DNA of 64,000 nt from Blepharisma stoltei ATCC 30299. Lineage: Eukaryota; Protista; Ciliophora. The stretch lies in assembly GCA_965603825.1 (NCBI GenBank), contig CBFDEM010000038.1:1-64000 (forward strand), read 5' to 3'. The position numbers and the translations under genes are program-made. This document shows positions 10,800 to 25,130 of the stretch, in pieces; within the stretch, counting starts at the first letter, position 1; the number at the start of each line of letters is the position of its first letter. The notes beneath the pieces were generated by a model. That model was not told the origin of the DNA and made no database searches. It saw nothing but the letters and a program-made list of their open reading frames with translations.

Positions 10800-12864
10800 T
10801 CTTTCAATATCTTTTATTGATCAATCTGGCTTCTATTTTGTAGTGAAAATGTTTTTGTTAGGGATTTTTTTAAGCTGGTCAATTTATTTGACTCTTCAAA
10901 GTCTCTTTTAAAAGATATAAAAGTTTCTGAATAAACAATTTTGGGAGTCTATTGCATTATTTGCAAATTTTTTGACTTCATTTTTTCTCTTAATGAAATA
11001 GAGTTATAAAACTCATCAAGTCAGCTTGCACCGGTTTCATTAAGAATATCTAATTCCACTTTTAAATAAGAAGCAGTTTAAGGGGATTCAATAATTCTTT
11101 TATTTGCGTTATCTAAGATTGCATTAACGCAGTCTTTATGCTTACTCTTCAAACTTAAACTGAGGGGTCTTTGGTTTTGAATAGCAGCTGAAAATGGTCC
11201 ATCAGCTTTTAAACTTAGTGTCAAATGCTCTGCCAAATCTCTGTCAGCATAGAAAAGTAGAATATTTATATCGTATTTTGCTAGAAAAAAGTTATCCATC
11301 TCTACATCATGCTCTGGAGGGCCAGCTGTAAGCTGAGTAAATGCATTTTATCAATTTTCTTATTTTGCTTCGTTCCCCAAATATTAAAATTTTTTTAGTC
11401 GAAACAGGATTACCTAAAACAATTATTTTCTTGCTAGCTGCAACCACAAGGATAGAGTTGCTTGGCAAAGTAACGACAGGGCTGCATTTTTCATCAAAAT
11501 TCAAGCTTAAACAAAGAGAAAAATCCGATATATTTCATATTTAAACTTTTTCATCAAATGAAGACGCCATAAAATACTTGTCATTAATTAGCAAACTTGC
11601 AACTCTTTCTTGATGGTAAGAAATCTGCTTTAATTTTGCAAGGTTAAGTTCGTTATAGCCAAAGCTGGAGTTTTTACTCCATATCAGCACCAAACAGCCA
11701 TCTGAGCAAGAAATAAGCAGGGAGCAGTGCTTGGTGACCCTCAAGTCATTTATATATTTGGAATGAGCTTTCGCATATCAGTTTGGTCTATTCTGTACCC
11801 TATCATAGTGCACTTCCCACCCGAAAATAAAATATTAGTATGTCTAGGCTTGACTTCTAAGGAGGATTTCTCCACAAACTCAGCCAGTGCAATACATCTC
11901 ACACGAGAAGTATGAGCTTTAGTCTTTGCATTGGAGTCCTTAATTATTTATTTTCCATTGCCGAATCCAATGCCCTTTATGCTATGTGACTCATAACTTT
12001 CTCCATTATCTTCAAAGAATCATTGAGATCACTGCATCTTCATTTGAATTTCTTCAACTACTCTACTAGCACGCAAATCTGTTTTTATTAGCTTCCCACT
12101 TCTTGCAGCAATTGTAATTTCAGGATTGATGCCATTAGAAGAGAAATTTATTGACTTGAAGTGTTTTTATTCCCCTTTTCGAGAAAAATTGTGGAGATAT
12201 GTCTCTTTCATGCGGTCTTTATGGATTTTTTAACGCTTAATTGTTGCATCTCTGCTTGCAGTTACTGAAAGGGTTTGGAATGATAAACCTCAGACATTGT
12301 CATGCACCTTAAATAATGGCTTTATTATTTCAGCTTCAGTTACGTCATCTATACTGACTAATTCATTGTCATCGCCAGCTATTATATACAAGTTCTTGGT
12401 ATTTGTATAGGCTAATTTTTTGATTTTATCTAAAACTGGCGAGCCAACTTCAACCCTATCCTCCTTTATTTTGATTAAGCTGCTTTTTAGTTCAAATATA
12501 GTTATGGCGTTAATTCCAGAACAGCAAATTATATAAACATTGGTCTTTATCTTGCCTTATCATCATGAAATCTACTCTCATGTCAAGCGAGCAAGGCGTT
12601 ATTGCTGATTTTGAATGATAGACGGACTTATAATGTTTGTAATTCTGACTATTTCTTTACTTCTTGCAAACTCAGCTGTCCAAAATCGTTCTTCGGCATT
12701 TGCTATCACATATAGAAAATCCTTATAAGTTGTAAAACACAGATATTTTCCATCTGGGCTGAAAGCACTAGAATTCAAGAGCTCACCTATAGTGAATTTT
12801 CAGCCCAGGTGTTTTAGATCCATTTGGCATACCTTTCATCTCTAGGTTCTCTTGCTAAATCCAT
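10800..12864 (-). pseudogene. WD40-repeat protein pseudogene
   Basis: Fragments SAFSPDGKYLCF, VTASRDATIK, LISCSDGCLVLIW and SYHQERVASLLINDKYFMASSFDEKV in shifting frames. Confidence 0.65.
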
Positions 12865-13447
12865 AACTTCTATCTAATTATTGGCTATTTCTATGATTGC
12901 TTATTATATGAAGTTCAGCAGAATTTAAAATAAAAGTGGAATTTGTGCTCCTTCAAAATTAAATTTAGTTTTTGGAGCTCAAGATCTAGAAGGTAGTTTT
13001 CTGGAGTCGAAATTTTAAGGAGGTTTTGGCTTTGAGATTAATGTCTCTCATATAAGGCCAATACAAATTATAACTAAGTCTTAGAAGCATCAAGTCTGCA
13101 AATTTTTGGAAGCCTCGACTGTATTTTTCTTTAATGGTGATGTCTGGAATAAAAGAGGTTGGATTAAAAGACTTCAATGAAGCTGCCGTTCAAATTATTT
13201 TCCCCAATGACAGGGTTTCTTTTTTCTCAATAGGAATTTCAACTTTAAGGCATAAATTGACATCTTCAAAATTTTCAATGCTTGAGTCTTCTCAGTTATT
13301 TTTTCAAATTCCAGTAATTTGTTTGTGCTGCTATATATCAATAAATGCTTTACTTCTAAAAAATTTCCAATTTTTCACACGCCATTAAGGCTAAGAGGCT
13401 TAAAAAACTCATTTAATGCTCTCAGGTAATTAACTATATAGTAGCTT

Positions 13448-14448
13448 ATGCAATGCTTCGAGCAAGGGTGCAAGAATGAGATTGAATACTCGTGCCCATG
13501 CACCTCTCCTGAAACTCTATCCTGTGAACTGCATGCATTAAAGCATATGAAAATCCCTAACAGAGCTCATGCTTGCAACTCGATTTTTATAGAGCCATAC
13601 CAAGGGACAAAAGAAGAAATTCTTAAGTTTCTTACAAGAGAAAGCTCAAAAAATAGCAAACTAAAGGGAAAGGTCATAGCATCCTTTAGCCAGCGTGTGC
13701 TAGAATCAGAAAGCGATATTGAAGAACTCTTAAAAAATTTGGATTCAGGCTCAGCTGAAATGAGCAATTATTATACAAAAATTTCTCAAGTTCAAAAATT
13801 ATCAAAATCAGAGTAAGACCCCATTTTAGGACTATTGATTTTACAGCCTGATGAAGCTATTGAGAAATTAAAAAAAAATATTCTAAACAATCAAGAATTG
13901 TCCAAAAGTGCAAAGCTATTTTGTGCTCTCGGTGAAAAAATTGAAAAGATGATTGAGAGTTTAATTGGAGACAAATTTGAAGATTATTTAGATAAAAGAC
14001 TGGCTAATATAGAAAAAACTCTTCAAGAGCAAATAAAGTTATTAAATCAGCCATAGAAGAGCATAAAAAACTCATTGATTCGACGAATGATCAGCTAGCA
14101 AAGGTCAAAGAATCTGTTTTTAAACTGATAAATGAGAACAGAAAAAGTGAGAGAGACCTCAAAGACTGGAAAGAAGAAATAATTCTTAGCACAAAAAATG
14201 AAATGGATCTACTTAATTCTCAAATTATCAAAATAAATCAAGACCTCAGCAAAATTAATGAAGCTCAAAAAATCCTTAAAGAGCTAAGGGAGAACAGACC
14301 TGAAATTTTAAATAGAGGAAATGACCCAGATTTAGAGCAAGACGTTAGGAGAATCCTCTCAGGTTCTGATGAGGAAGAAGAAACTAAAATTGACGATCGG
14401 CCAGGACTTGCAATTACTCAGCCTATCCCAGATGAGAAAAAAAAATGA
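13448..14448 (+). pseudogene. Second Zn-finger - coiled coil copy (one 36-aa unit) running into a START domain
   Basis: Highly similar in DNA to 8679-9915. In-frame TAA at 13814 and a frameshift at ~14030. Homology ends at ...LEQDVRRILS (~14362). Confidence 0.85.
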
Positions 14449-15050
14449 TTTTACAGCTAAGTAATGAAGCTGTCAAAGCTATGTTAGAAGCAGAAAAACT
14501 AGCAGCTGATAGTGAAGGCTGGGAAGAAATAAAATTAAAAGTCAAAACTGTTAAAGCTTCAAGAAGAAAAGCTGCAGGTGACCTTTACATTGTAAGAGTT
14601 GAAGGAGATATGAATAGGCCAGCCATTGAAATAATGAAATATATTAAAGATATCAACCGCAAAGGAGAATATGATGACATTTTTGAATCAGGCTACATCA
14701 TTGACATATTAACTGATGAAATGGAAATTGCATACCAAAAATATAAACAAACTGGCCCAGTATCATCTCGAGATCTATGCTTTATTCAAAGAAGGTTCAA
14801 CTTAGAAGGCGGCAAAATAGTTGCCATTGCAATGTCAACAACCCATCCGAACTGCCCAGAAACCAATTTTGTAAGAGCTCATCTTTATTTAGGCTGTTTT
14901 ATGCTAATACCAGTATCTCCTAGAGTAGCGCATATGGTTTACATGATAAATATTGACTTCAAAGGATCAATCCCTAAGTTCATTCTAAACTCTATCCGAT
15001 CTGATCAAGCTTTGGTCGTCGAAAAGATCAGAAAGAACTTATCAGCTTAA
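14445..15050 (+). CDS. START (StAR-related lipid transfer) domain ORF, possibly the C-terminus of the upstream chimeric gene
   Basis: Open 201-aa ORF with GWEE, RKGEYD, GPVSSRDLCF, FVRAHL and IDFKGSIPKFILN motifs. It is separated from the upstream frame only by a slip in an A-run at 14436-14445. Confidence 0.85.
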   Translation: MILQLSNEAVKAMLEAEKLAADSEGWEEIKLKVKTVKASRRKAAGDLYIVRVEGDMNRPAIEIMKYIKDINRKGEYDDIFESGYIIDILTDEMEIAYQKYKQTGPVSSRDLCFIQRRFNLEGGKIVAIAMSTTHPNCPETNFVRAHLYLGCFMLIPVSPRVAHMVYMINIDFKGSIPKFILNSIRSDQALVVEKIRKNLSA

Positions 15051-15399
15051 TTTACTATTTCCTTCATATTAATATAATTGAATTAAAAATAGAATATATC
15101 AAAATTATCTATTTGAAATATTAAAAATTATCCCCAAATAACTAAATTCTTAAAATCTTCCAAAAGAGATTGAGGATCAAGAATCTGAGCTTCAATTGCT
15201 TTGATTGCTTCTTACTTATTATCTTTAAGTTAACGTATATTTTCACCCACACTGCATAATGGGCATATCTTCCGAGCTAGAATTAATAAATATTGCCATT
15301 ATTTATAAGAATTACATACAAATTAACCAAATCTCTACAGCCTTTCCTTTAAATTTTATTCTTGCACTATAAAAATATGTCCGCCGGGTTTGAATTTCT

Positions 15400-17172
15400 A
15401 ACTTATGGCCGATGCGTCAACCCATCGCCAGACTTAGACTTTGGCTTCATGTTTCGGCACCCTGACTAAAAAATTGGCTGTGTGGCACCTCAAAAAATTA
15501 TTTATGAACAAAAATTCGAGGATTTTTTAAAAACCAAGCTGCAAGCCCAAATAGAGAAAAAACGGCATCAATTGAAAAGTGGGGAAAATGAAATACCTGA
15601 TATAATAAAGTTCCTAAAAGAAGAGTTTTTAAGGCTGACTCGAAAAACAGCTTCGAGACTGGAAAAAGGCGTTTTTATAGCTGAGCTCAAGAAAAATCCT
15701 CTTTTGGCTGAAGTTTTTGGGTTTGATGAAAATAGTAAAGAAAAGGAAATTGAGGAACAAGTGGAAAATATTGGGACTGAAGAAGGAATTAATATGGACG
15801 AGTTCCTGCTGTTTTACCAAGTTTCCAAGAACAACTTGCTGAACCGATTCATTCAAAAGCAGAGACCCAGTCAAGTGCGACTAATGATTCCTTTATGGAG
15901 CAGAACAAACAGAGAACTGACGATATGAGCAGGATTATTGAAGGCTGCAAGCTAAAAATCAAAAAATCAAGCCAAGCCTAAAGGAACAAAATACGCAATA
16001 ACGGTTCCTGAGCCTTTTAAATTTGACAGAAGAGAAAAAAGAAAAGGAATGTCTATAAAGGAAAGAAGGCTAAAAGAGATGCTTGAGCAAAAAGAAAAAG
16101 AAATCAAAGAATCCATAAAAATCACCTATAAAGCGACACCAGTGCCTCCTGAAGTAAAAATTCCGCTTTATGAACAGATTATGAAAGAACAAGAGGACGC
16201 AGGTAAAGCAAAATTCAATTGCAATTACAAAAGCTAATGAAAAGTCGTTAATTTTTATTATGGGGATTTGACTAAAACAAAGCCAGAGCCAGCAGAAATG
16301 CCGAAACACGTTTTTACAGCGAATTCAGTGCCGTGGACTATATCGGTCCCACTGTATAATAAAATTGTAAGCGAAAGAGAACTGGCTAGAAAAGAAAGAA
16401 TCAGCAAAGCTGCAATCGAGTCATTAAACCTAGCCATGATGCCTCCCAGAATGGAATTATACTAAAGACAGCTGCAAAAAGCTTCAAAAATTCCTAAACC
16501 AAAGCCGAAAACCAAAAAGTTCAAAGCCAAAGCAGTCCCAGACTTCCGCAGACTCCAAGCTGATTTCCAAAGCACCTTAGACGCCTGCAAGCAGTCTTTC
16601 AACCCTACAAAGCCTGAGCCTTTTGCGTTTAACGAAACCAGTCTTCTTTCGACTACCTCAAACTCCTTGACAAAGAATCTGACGCCAATAAAAAATGGGG
16701 CCAGCCTTCCAAGGCAAAAAGATCTAAGTCCTTATCAATCCTAAACAAAACCCAAAATAATCCCTAGTAAAACTGAAAAAACCAAGGCTATGATTGAATA
16801 CAAGCTTGCCCAGAAAAGAGAAGCCAAGATGAAAGAAGCCCTCAAAATGCAAGAAGAAGAGCGACGGATAAAGCATGAAATGATGAGAGGGGTCGTGCAG
16901 AATTGTTCCCTCATAAAAGACAATACTGCTGAGTTTAAAAGAAGAAGAGAAGAGTCCATTAAACAGAGACGAGAAGAGCTGGAAGAAAAAAAAGAGAATG
17001 CTATGAGCAAAAAGCTGAAATATACGAAAGAGTCAGCAAAAGACCTTTATTAGTAGAACAAATAGCAATGAAAACTAGCTTAGGATTTAGAACAGCTAGG
17101 ACCTGTAAGAGAACTGCTGAGCCAGGAGGAAAGCAACGAGTATTCTCAAGACATGCTGAACCAAAGCTATTA
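15400..17172 (+). pseudogene. FAM161-like centriolar/ciliary protein with an EF-hand-like N-terminal part, frameshifted
   Basis: ITVPEPFKFDRRE, YKATPVPPEVKIPLYEQIM, FKAKAVPDFRRLQADF and PTKPEPFAF match FAM161 motifs. Several stops and frameshifts. Confidence 0.7.
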
Positions 17173-17369
17173 ATATTTAAGGGGTTAATTTAAATGGCTA
17201 TATAATTGTAAAATGGTCTATAAGAAATCTTCAGATATTACCTATGAATTGTTTCAAGAAAGCAATAAGGAGAGGAAAAGAATAATGAAATAAAATTCAA
17301 TTTCTTCAGCCAAAAAAATCAAATATTCAGTCAGGAAATAGAGCTAATACTAGCCCAAGCTCTTCTGTT

Positions 17370-20300
17370 GATGAATTTGGTGGAAATGAAAATCAAATGA
17401 TTGTAGCACAACTTCTCAGGAATTAGGATTGACGAAAATTGGGATTCTTGAATTTCAGAGTATCCTATCGAAGGAACTATTTGCTTAGCTTCAAAAAGTT
17501 GTCTCTGCAACTCTGGATACACCTTATCAAATAGCAAATGTGTGATCTGCAAAAAGTATTTAGCTTCTACAGATGTTGTGTCAGCATCATACAGCTCATC
17601 ATATGTATATGTCTTAATATCATTTAAATACCAATAGATAAAACAGTTGTCCTTCATGCAGCAAGGTTTTGACATATGACACACTTCAATTGATGGGAAC
17701 GGCTCAGTGTGTTCTTGGTCTGACGCTAAGACTCTCAAAATTGCTTTGGGTACCCAATTTAGCCTCAGAGATTCTACAATTAATCTAGATGGCACTTGGA
17801 TCCTTAAAGACACTGAAGATCCATGCACCATTAATTACCAGCCGCTAAGCGTATCAATTAACATGGCAGCAAGTCCAAGTCCAGTCGCCGTGATATCAGG
17901 ACCACAGACTGTTTCACTTGGATGCAATAATGACGCAGTTGTTTACTCTGCTGATAAGTCGACTGGCAACTATGGAGCTTCTTTGACATACAAATGGAGC
18001 TCCACACCGACAGATTTGAGTTCACAGGCAACAGGATTCTCTATTTCAATTCCTAAATCAAGCTTATCCTCTTTAACATCCTTAAGCTGTTACAAATACC
18101 TTTATGCTCACTAGTTCTGCATCTATGACAACAACAGTTTCTCCTCAAGAAACTTTAACTGTTTCATTTGACTCTGGAAACACTATTTCTATGAAATCTT
18201 CAGAATCAAAGACCGTAAAAGCATTGGTCGCAGCCATTTGTGGAAGCTCTTGCAACATCAATATCTTGGCAATGGGCTTATACATCAGGTCCATCCAGTA
18301 CTGCAGCCACTAATCTTGCTTCTTCGACAACTACACAAAAACTGTCTATTTCAAGCAATTTGCTTGCTGCAGGAGGTCCATATGTTTTCACTGCAACAGC
18401 TACTCAGAATACTAATAGTTCCCCTATAACTGGAAGCGCCAGCGTATCTATTACAGTGACTTCATCACCTCTTGTTATTCAGCTATCCAAAGGTAGTGGA
18501 GACATCAATAAAAAAATAGATTTTACTGTAGATGCAAGCAATTCTAAAGACCCAGATACTAATTCAGCAGATGGCCTTGCCTATGCATGGACCTGCAGCA
18601 ATCATTTAGATGGAACAGCTTGCTCCATAGCATCATACCTTTCAAGCCAAAGCAGTAGCGCCTTGACAATTCCTAAAGCAAGCTTAGTTGCAAATCAATG
18701 GGATTTAACTTGCACAATTTCTAAAGATTCAAGAAAAGCAAGCTATACAATAACTCTCAATATCATAGATATTTCAGCAACTATCACTATTGCAATTCCA
18801 ACAATTAGCGTAAAAGCTAACTATCAAAAGTTAAATAGATTCTCAGCCAGTGTCTCTGGAGGCGATGGAACCTCAATCCTATGGTCTCAATCATCTGGAA
18901 CTAAAATAAAAATATCGCCAAATAACCTTTCTTATCTTTCCTTGAATGCAAACTCACTTGCTGAAGATATGTCATATGTATTTTCTTTGACTATTACATC
19001 TGGAAGTTCAAGCTTTAGCGTCGACTTAGCCTTGAATGTTAACTTAGGAGCAGCTTGCTCAGACACAGTCCCTTCAGTTAATCCAAGTTCAGAAACAGCT
19101 TTGACAACTTCATTTTCAATATCAATTTCTAATTGTTATGACCGTGATGGTGAGGATTATCCAATTCTATACACCTTTGAATATTCTATGGATAGTGGAA
19201 CAACATAAAGGTTTATTGGATCGACTACAGAACAGTCCCAAATTTCCTATTGCCTGCCTGCAGGCACCATCACTATTTTAGCACATGTTTGCAACCAGCT
19301 CAATACTTGTATGGACTATACGACAAAATCATCTATATCTGTCAGCAAGCACAAAAGCAGCAGACGATTGCAGTCAGATGCTTTAAGAACTTCTTATTCA
19401 ACGCTGACTCTTGATCCAGACAACATACCATAAACCATTACTTTGTTCTGCAGCAGCACTTCAATTGACAGTTCACTGTTCGCCACAATTTGGAGTGATC
19501 TGAAATCCTATGTCTCTAGTCAAACTACTATGACAAATACTCTTTTGGGCAGTGTTCTAGGCGCAGTTTATTCTTTGTCAACCCAAAGAGGATTAATGAC
19601 CCTCGATGCCTTCGAAGAGTTCATTGTGTGGGTAGATAAATTTTTGACGACCTACTCATCCTTAGTACCAACTGCAGATAATTTAGACGCTATAGTGGAA
19701 ATAGGTGAAAGCTATTTGAATTATGGCATCAATACTACCTTCTCTGAGCAAAGCTTTGAAAAGTACGTTCTCTATGTGAATAACTTTTATACAACCTGGG
19801 CAATTGCAGCTACCACGAATGACTTAGTTACCCAGTCATCAATTAATAATGCTGTAAACACCGCTAAAACTCATATTTATAAAGACAGAAACTTCCCAGA
19901 AGATATGCAAAATACTACTCGTTACTATTCTGAAGTTGCAAATCTTACTTATCCAGGCACTTTGGATTTCTAATACAAATATATGGAATATGAGAGCTAA
20001 TTTCTATCATGGGTTTATTGATGACTTTTCAGCTATTGCAATCTTTAGTCTTGCAAACTCAGGAACATATAAGGATTATTCAATTATTCAAACAGCTGAA
20101 ACTTATGTCCCATTCTCAGATTACCCATTCCTTATTGATCTGCCTTATAGCAAAAACATTGGTGAAGGCATGGTCTGGGGCTGTGTGTATTACAATGAGA
20201 CAAGCTCTAATTGGACTGAGTCGAACTGCAAGATAGTAAGTATCAACAATTCCACCTCAAACGTCACATTTAATGTATACCACTTCTCAATGTGCAAGCT

Positions 20301-21236
20301 TGCTGAGGTGAATCCTAGTGTCAACTCACCGCCTTATGTTCCAATACCAGAGAACTCATGTAACGATAATTATGCTCCTCTCTACATCCTTGTGGTAGTT
20401 CTGTTTATTGGCTTGCTATTAGCTCCAACGATGGTTATAATAGACAAATTAGTCCTTCTACATCTACTCAAGCCCCTAAGAATGCACCTCCCAAGACCCC
20501 AGCATCTCATTCTCCTAGACCAACTCTAAGAGGACTCATGCGTCCTGACATAAGTGTTCATGCATCTCAAGGTGAAGAATCCATTGAAGATGACTGATTT
20601 TGAGAGCTCAGACGAAGAAGGTATTTAGTCCAAAGATATCGATCTCACTGAAAATTCCGTTGTCGAACAAATCGAAGCACCTATTGAAAAACCAGACCCT
20701 GAAATCAAATATGAGCTGCAAGAATTAATTGAAGGACACTTGGCATTTGGACTTATCTATCACAGACCTATTTTCTCAAGAGTCGCAAGAGTATTCACCT
20801 TAATCGTTGCTATCGTCTTTGAGGTATTATTAGAAGGCTTATTGTATTATGGTTCAGAAGACATTAACTCAGGAAGCGAAACTGCAACTCAGACGCTGTT
20901 TGATAATTATGAAGGAAAATACTTTGGGTATATGATTTTGGCTTTGGCGATCACGATTCCTGTTGAAGTATTTATGATAGTTACATTTAGCATTAATAGA
21001 AAGAAAGCGCCAATCTGGCCAGCATTGGAGTTATTGTGGGTCTGGCGGTACTGATTGGGTCCATTGTAGGGGTTGTTATGCTGAGCTATGACTTCTGCCA
21101 CGAGTGGAGTGGGTATTGGGCTGTCAGCTTCTTGTGGGGAATTTTGATTGAGATCTTTATTATGGAAACCATTTACATGATTGTTAGATACTTTCTCATA
21201 CAAGCTTGCCCAAGCAATGAAGCCATTAAGTCTTAA
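17370..21236 (+). pseudogene. PKD1/REJ-like surface protein (Cys-rich remnant, REJ, GPS, TM helices), 5'-truncated
   Basis: VDASNSKDPD...YAWTC and PSSETALTTSFSIS...DRDGEDYPILYTF (REJ); CVYYNETSSNWTESNC...YHFS (GPS); FSRVARV followed by hydrophobic helices. Many frameshifts and stops. Confidence 0.8.
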
Positions 21237-22099
21237 ATAATCTTCATCCTTAATTTTGTGTGAATAATTTAATATCTTTATTAATTTTTTAATTTATGCT
21301 ACAAAAATTTACTTAAAGTTGCAATAGTTGACCCTGATAAAGAAATAATATAGTCACCTCTGAGATATTAATGCGATAAGGAGTACTCATATTAGGCCAA
21401 AATTGATAAAAATCGAATGAAAAAGGACGAAAATCCAAGCTGTCATTGTGCTGCTGAAGCTTTTCAGTAAAAATAAGTTAAGTTGGTGAGTTGAAAATAA
21501 TATTTTTGCAGACAGCTATAGCTGGGTCAGAGCCCTTCAACGTTATATGCTTAAAATTCCAGCTTACGCAAACCTAATTCAAAATGCAAGACGATTTTCT
21601 AGCCTCAAGAATTGCATATTGTTATATAAAATTTCTAAAATTAATACCAATACTTAATGGTGACTTAAAGTTTATTTTATGAAAGCCAAATTTCCAATAT
21701 ATATTTTATTTCTTATCAGCTTGATTATTTTATAGGTTTATTAACTGGACAATTTTGGTTATCTGAATCCTAATTCATCTTATTTATATATGCTGGTTAC
21801 CTGCCAAAGCGCATTTATTCAAATTCTCGTTTATTATATAATACATAAGAACAAGCTATTAATAAATTTAGTTAAAATTAAAAAATTTAGCAAAATTTGC
21901 TCACTTTTTATAAATTTTTTAAATAAAATGCGTAATCTAGCCGCTTACGTGATTCTTAATATTAAATTATAGCGCAATTTAAAGATCTTAAGGCGGCTAT
22001 TTAAATTTGTTTTGGTTTGGGATTGTTAGTGTTTTAAAGAATGATAACCCTTGAAGATATTTTCTGCTGCATTTATAAGAGAATTTATGCTTAAGTATT

Positions 22100-23305
22100 G
22101 AATGATTTTTCTTTTTCTTTCGTTTTATTAAGCTTTTATTTTATCCTGCTATTGAATCACAGTGATCTTTGATTTTCTTATACAACACATCTTGCACTTC
22201 TTTAATATTTTTCACTTGGCTATTGATGGTATCACTTTTTAATTTATTCATCTCATACCTCTTAAAAGCAATCATTTTTGTTCAAATTTTGATTCTTCAA
22301 ATAAATTATTGATTAATTCTTCATGTGAATTTTCAGATGCTTTAATTTTTCAAGAATAATAAGTTGATCATCAAGATCGTCATGATACAGTCCCACAGCG
22401 GGGTCAAACTCATTTAACACTAATGGGATTGTTGAGCGGTATCAAAATTATAATAATTCTCTGCGATATTTAATCTCAAACCATATTCAAGATCTATCAT
22501 TTTCTGCTCTCTGTCCCTGAGGATCCTCGCCTTTTTCGAGCTTTGTCAGACGAAATTTTTTTTATTGCCACCTTAATGGAAGGCCAGCCAAATTTCAACC
22601 GGCAGATAAACCTTTATAGGTTTTCAACAGCAACCCATAGAAAGCTAGAACTACAAGAACACATTGGAAAGACCTGGTGCGTCGAAAAGAACTGAAGCCC
22701 ACTCATAATTGATAACGTGCATTTATATTTTTTATATAAGTATGAGGACACGCAAGTAATAGACTGCACTGAGGAGCACCTCCCTTGTAAAAGACAATTC
22801 GGCTCTGACAAAGGATCTAGTCGCACCTTTGGCTCAAGCCCTCTACATTAGATTTTTAAATACAAATTATTTCGTATCTTTTGCCCAGGCAAAGTATGAC
22901 TTCATAAAGCCTCATCATAGGCCTGCTTTATCTATTATAGAAGCCTTAGAAGGAGGAGACTTCAAAATAATTTACACGAGCGAGCCTTTAAATTTCCCTT
23001 CTACCCTGCTTGCAAATCCGAAATGGATTAATACAAAATTTTCGAAAAATGACATAAGGAGGATTATGATGGTCACAAGTATAGCTAATTGGGATTTCCA
23101 AAGTGGCATCGCTGACCTGACGGTGAGTCTTGACGACGAAATTGCGGTGGCGGTTAAAGTGGATGGGCTGAGGGATTTTGTGCACTATATGATTAATGTT
23201 TATGAGTATGGGAGATTGCCTGATGAGAATAACTGTGCTGATAAGCTTTGGGAGGAATATTTTAGAAGTCTGCCACAGGGGGGTTTTATTGATAATAATT
23301 CTTAA
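22100..23305 (+). pseudogene. Five-bladed propeller glycosyltransferase/phosphorylase-like gene (GT91/GH130-like), frameshifted
   Basis: PEDPRLF (~22516), EKNWSP (W = TGA, 22684), GSSP, and C-terminal LTVSLDD. The 5' boundary is approximate. Confidence 0.5.
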
Positions 23306-24599
23306 TTATTTATTAGATATTGGGTGATTTTTATAAATTATATGGTAAATTGGCTTTTTATTGAGGATATAAATTTAATTTTGATGCCTTAATTCCTTAT
23401 TTTTTAGTCAAAATTTATAAACTTCTCGAATAATGCTCATTTTCTTATTTTTATATATTGTGAAGCAGGCAAGCGTCATTTTCTTTGAGTTATCAATCTA
23501 AATAAAATTATACACTGCTGAAATATTAATGGCTTTATGTCAACACTACTAAATAATTTAATAAAGGCCTCAACGACTACAAAAACGCACTTCCATCAGG
23601 GCTTCTTATGCTACATTTTACGATCCCAATGCTCATCATGATTTAGGAAAAGCAAAAGGATTTCGAATTAACACAAGTAAAAAATGGAATAGCGAAAGAA
23701 GTTCGCAAAAATATATCTTTATCGCTTTTAATGAGGTCCAACTAGCAGGATAATCCATTATTAATACAGTCTTAAAGGATAATCCTAATAGAACAGCACC
23801 TATAATTCGAAGAGTTCATAATAGAATTAGTTACCGTTGATCTTGATAAGTTAAACGAAATCTGAATAATCCAATGCCTGCTTTCTCAGAGTAAAAGCTC
23901 TGAATTCAGGATTTTTAAAATTAGCAGCTGTCTTAAACTTTGAAATCCAATAGTCATTACTTTAAAGCAGTAATCTTCAAATCTTTAACGGCTTGAGAGC
24001 TACTCATTATTTGTCTTGATTACAATTCTATTTTATTTAATTAAAAGGCCAGCTATTTTTAAGTAATCCATTATAAATGCTAAACTGCAAATAATTAGTT
24101 GCTTTTTTTGCTATATTTAACTGAGAGCTTTCCTTGAAATTAAAAATTACAGATAATATAGTCTCTTTAGTTTAAAACTTGGTGCTTTATTTATAAGTCT
24201 CTCAATTAAAATCAGGCCAAAATTATGGGCCAAGTTTACTTTCGAGATAATTAATTAATTTTTGATTCAATATGAACTATTCCTCTACACTAATTATATC
24301 AAAATTTCAAAAAAAAGTGCTTGATACAATATGTTAGCAGCTTAGAAATTCTGAAGAACTTGGCTTGCAATTCTACATGTTTGGCTGATACAAGAAGTGA
24401 AAGAGAAATGATCGCCCAATAGCTGATAAAATTGCTGGACCAAAACTTTGATGTTTTTCTAGAGAAAGGCTTGGATCATAAGCATAAGAATTATCAAGAA
24501 AGAATAAAATAAGTGAATTGTCCGAAGAAGAATGTAATAATAAATCTGTAGAACTGAGAAGATGTGAAAATAATTTGCAGAGCAGTTCTATAGTAGATA

Positions 24600-25130
24600 G
24601 GAGACTTAGGACCCCACCATAATTCTTTTTTCATTTTCCCTAAGCGTAATTATGCTGGGCACCTGGGTTTTACCCTACAAAGTCAGTATTTCTGACTTCA
24701 TTTCAGTCAGAATCAAAAAAGGTTACATATGCATAGCTATATGAGTCTAAGATAGAAACCCTAACAGCGGCTAAACAAAGCTGTTTTGCAGATAGCCAAA
24801 GGGCAGAAGGGAAAAATATACGAGTTTCCTCTTTGCCTGATGGGGCGAAGCTCATTGAACCTAGCTTTTTCTTCATCAAAAATATTAGGAGGCAATAGGG
24901 TGTAGATATTTACTTTGTTTATAATTTTGAAAATTTCCAGGCTATTGACTGTACTGATGAAAGTCCTTGCACCAGGGTTTCGGGGAAATTTCAAAGAGCG
25001 CCAGGGATTTTAAGAGGTGGGACAGCTTTTCAGCAATATAAAAGCACTGATTATTATTTTTCCTTTGGCTTTACCCATTTAGAATACACGAAAAATGGAG
25101 GAAACTTTTAAGTTGTTTTTGGTTTCTTCA
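24600..25130 (+). pseudogene. Second degraded GT91/GH130-like fragment
   Basis: AIDCTDESPCTRVSG...LRGGTAFQQYKSTDYYFSFG aligns to VIDCTEEHLPCKR...GSSP...NTNYFVSFA of the 22100-23305 copy. Confidence 0.45.
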
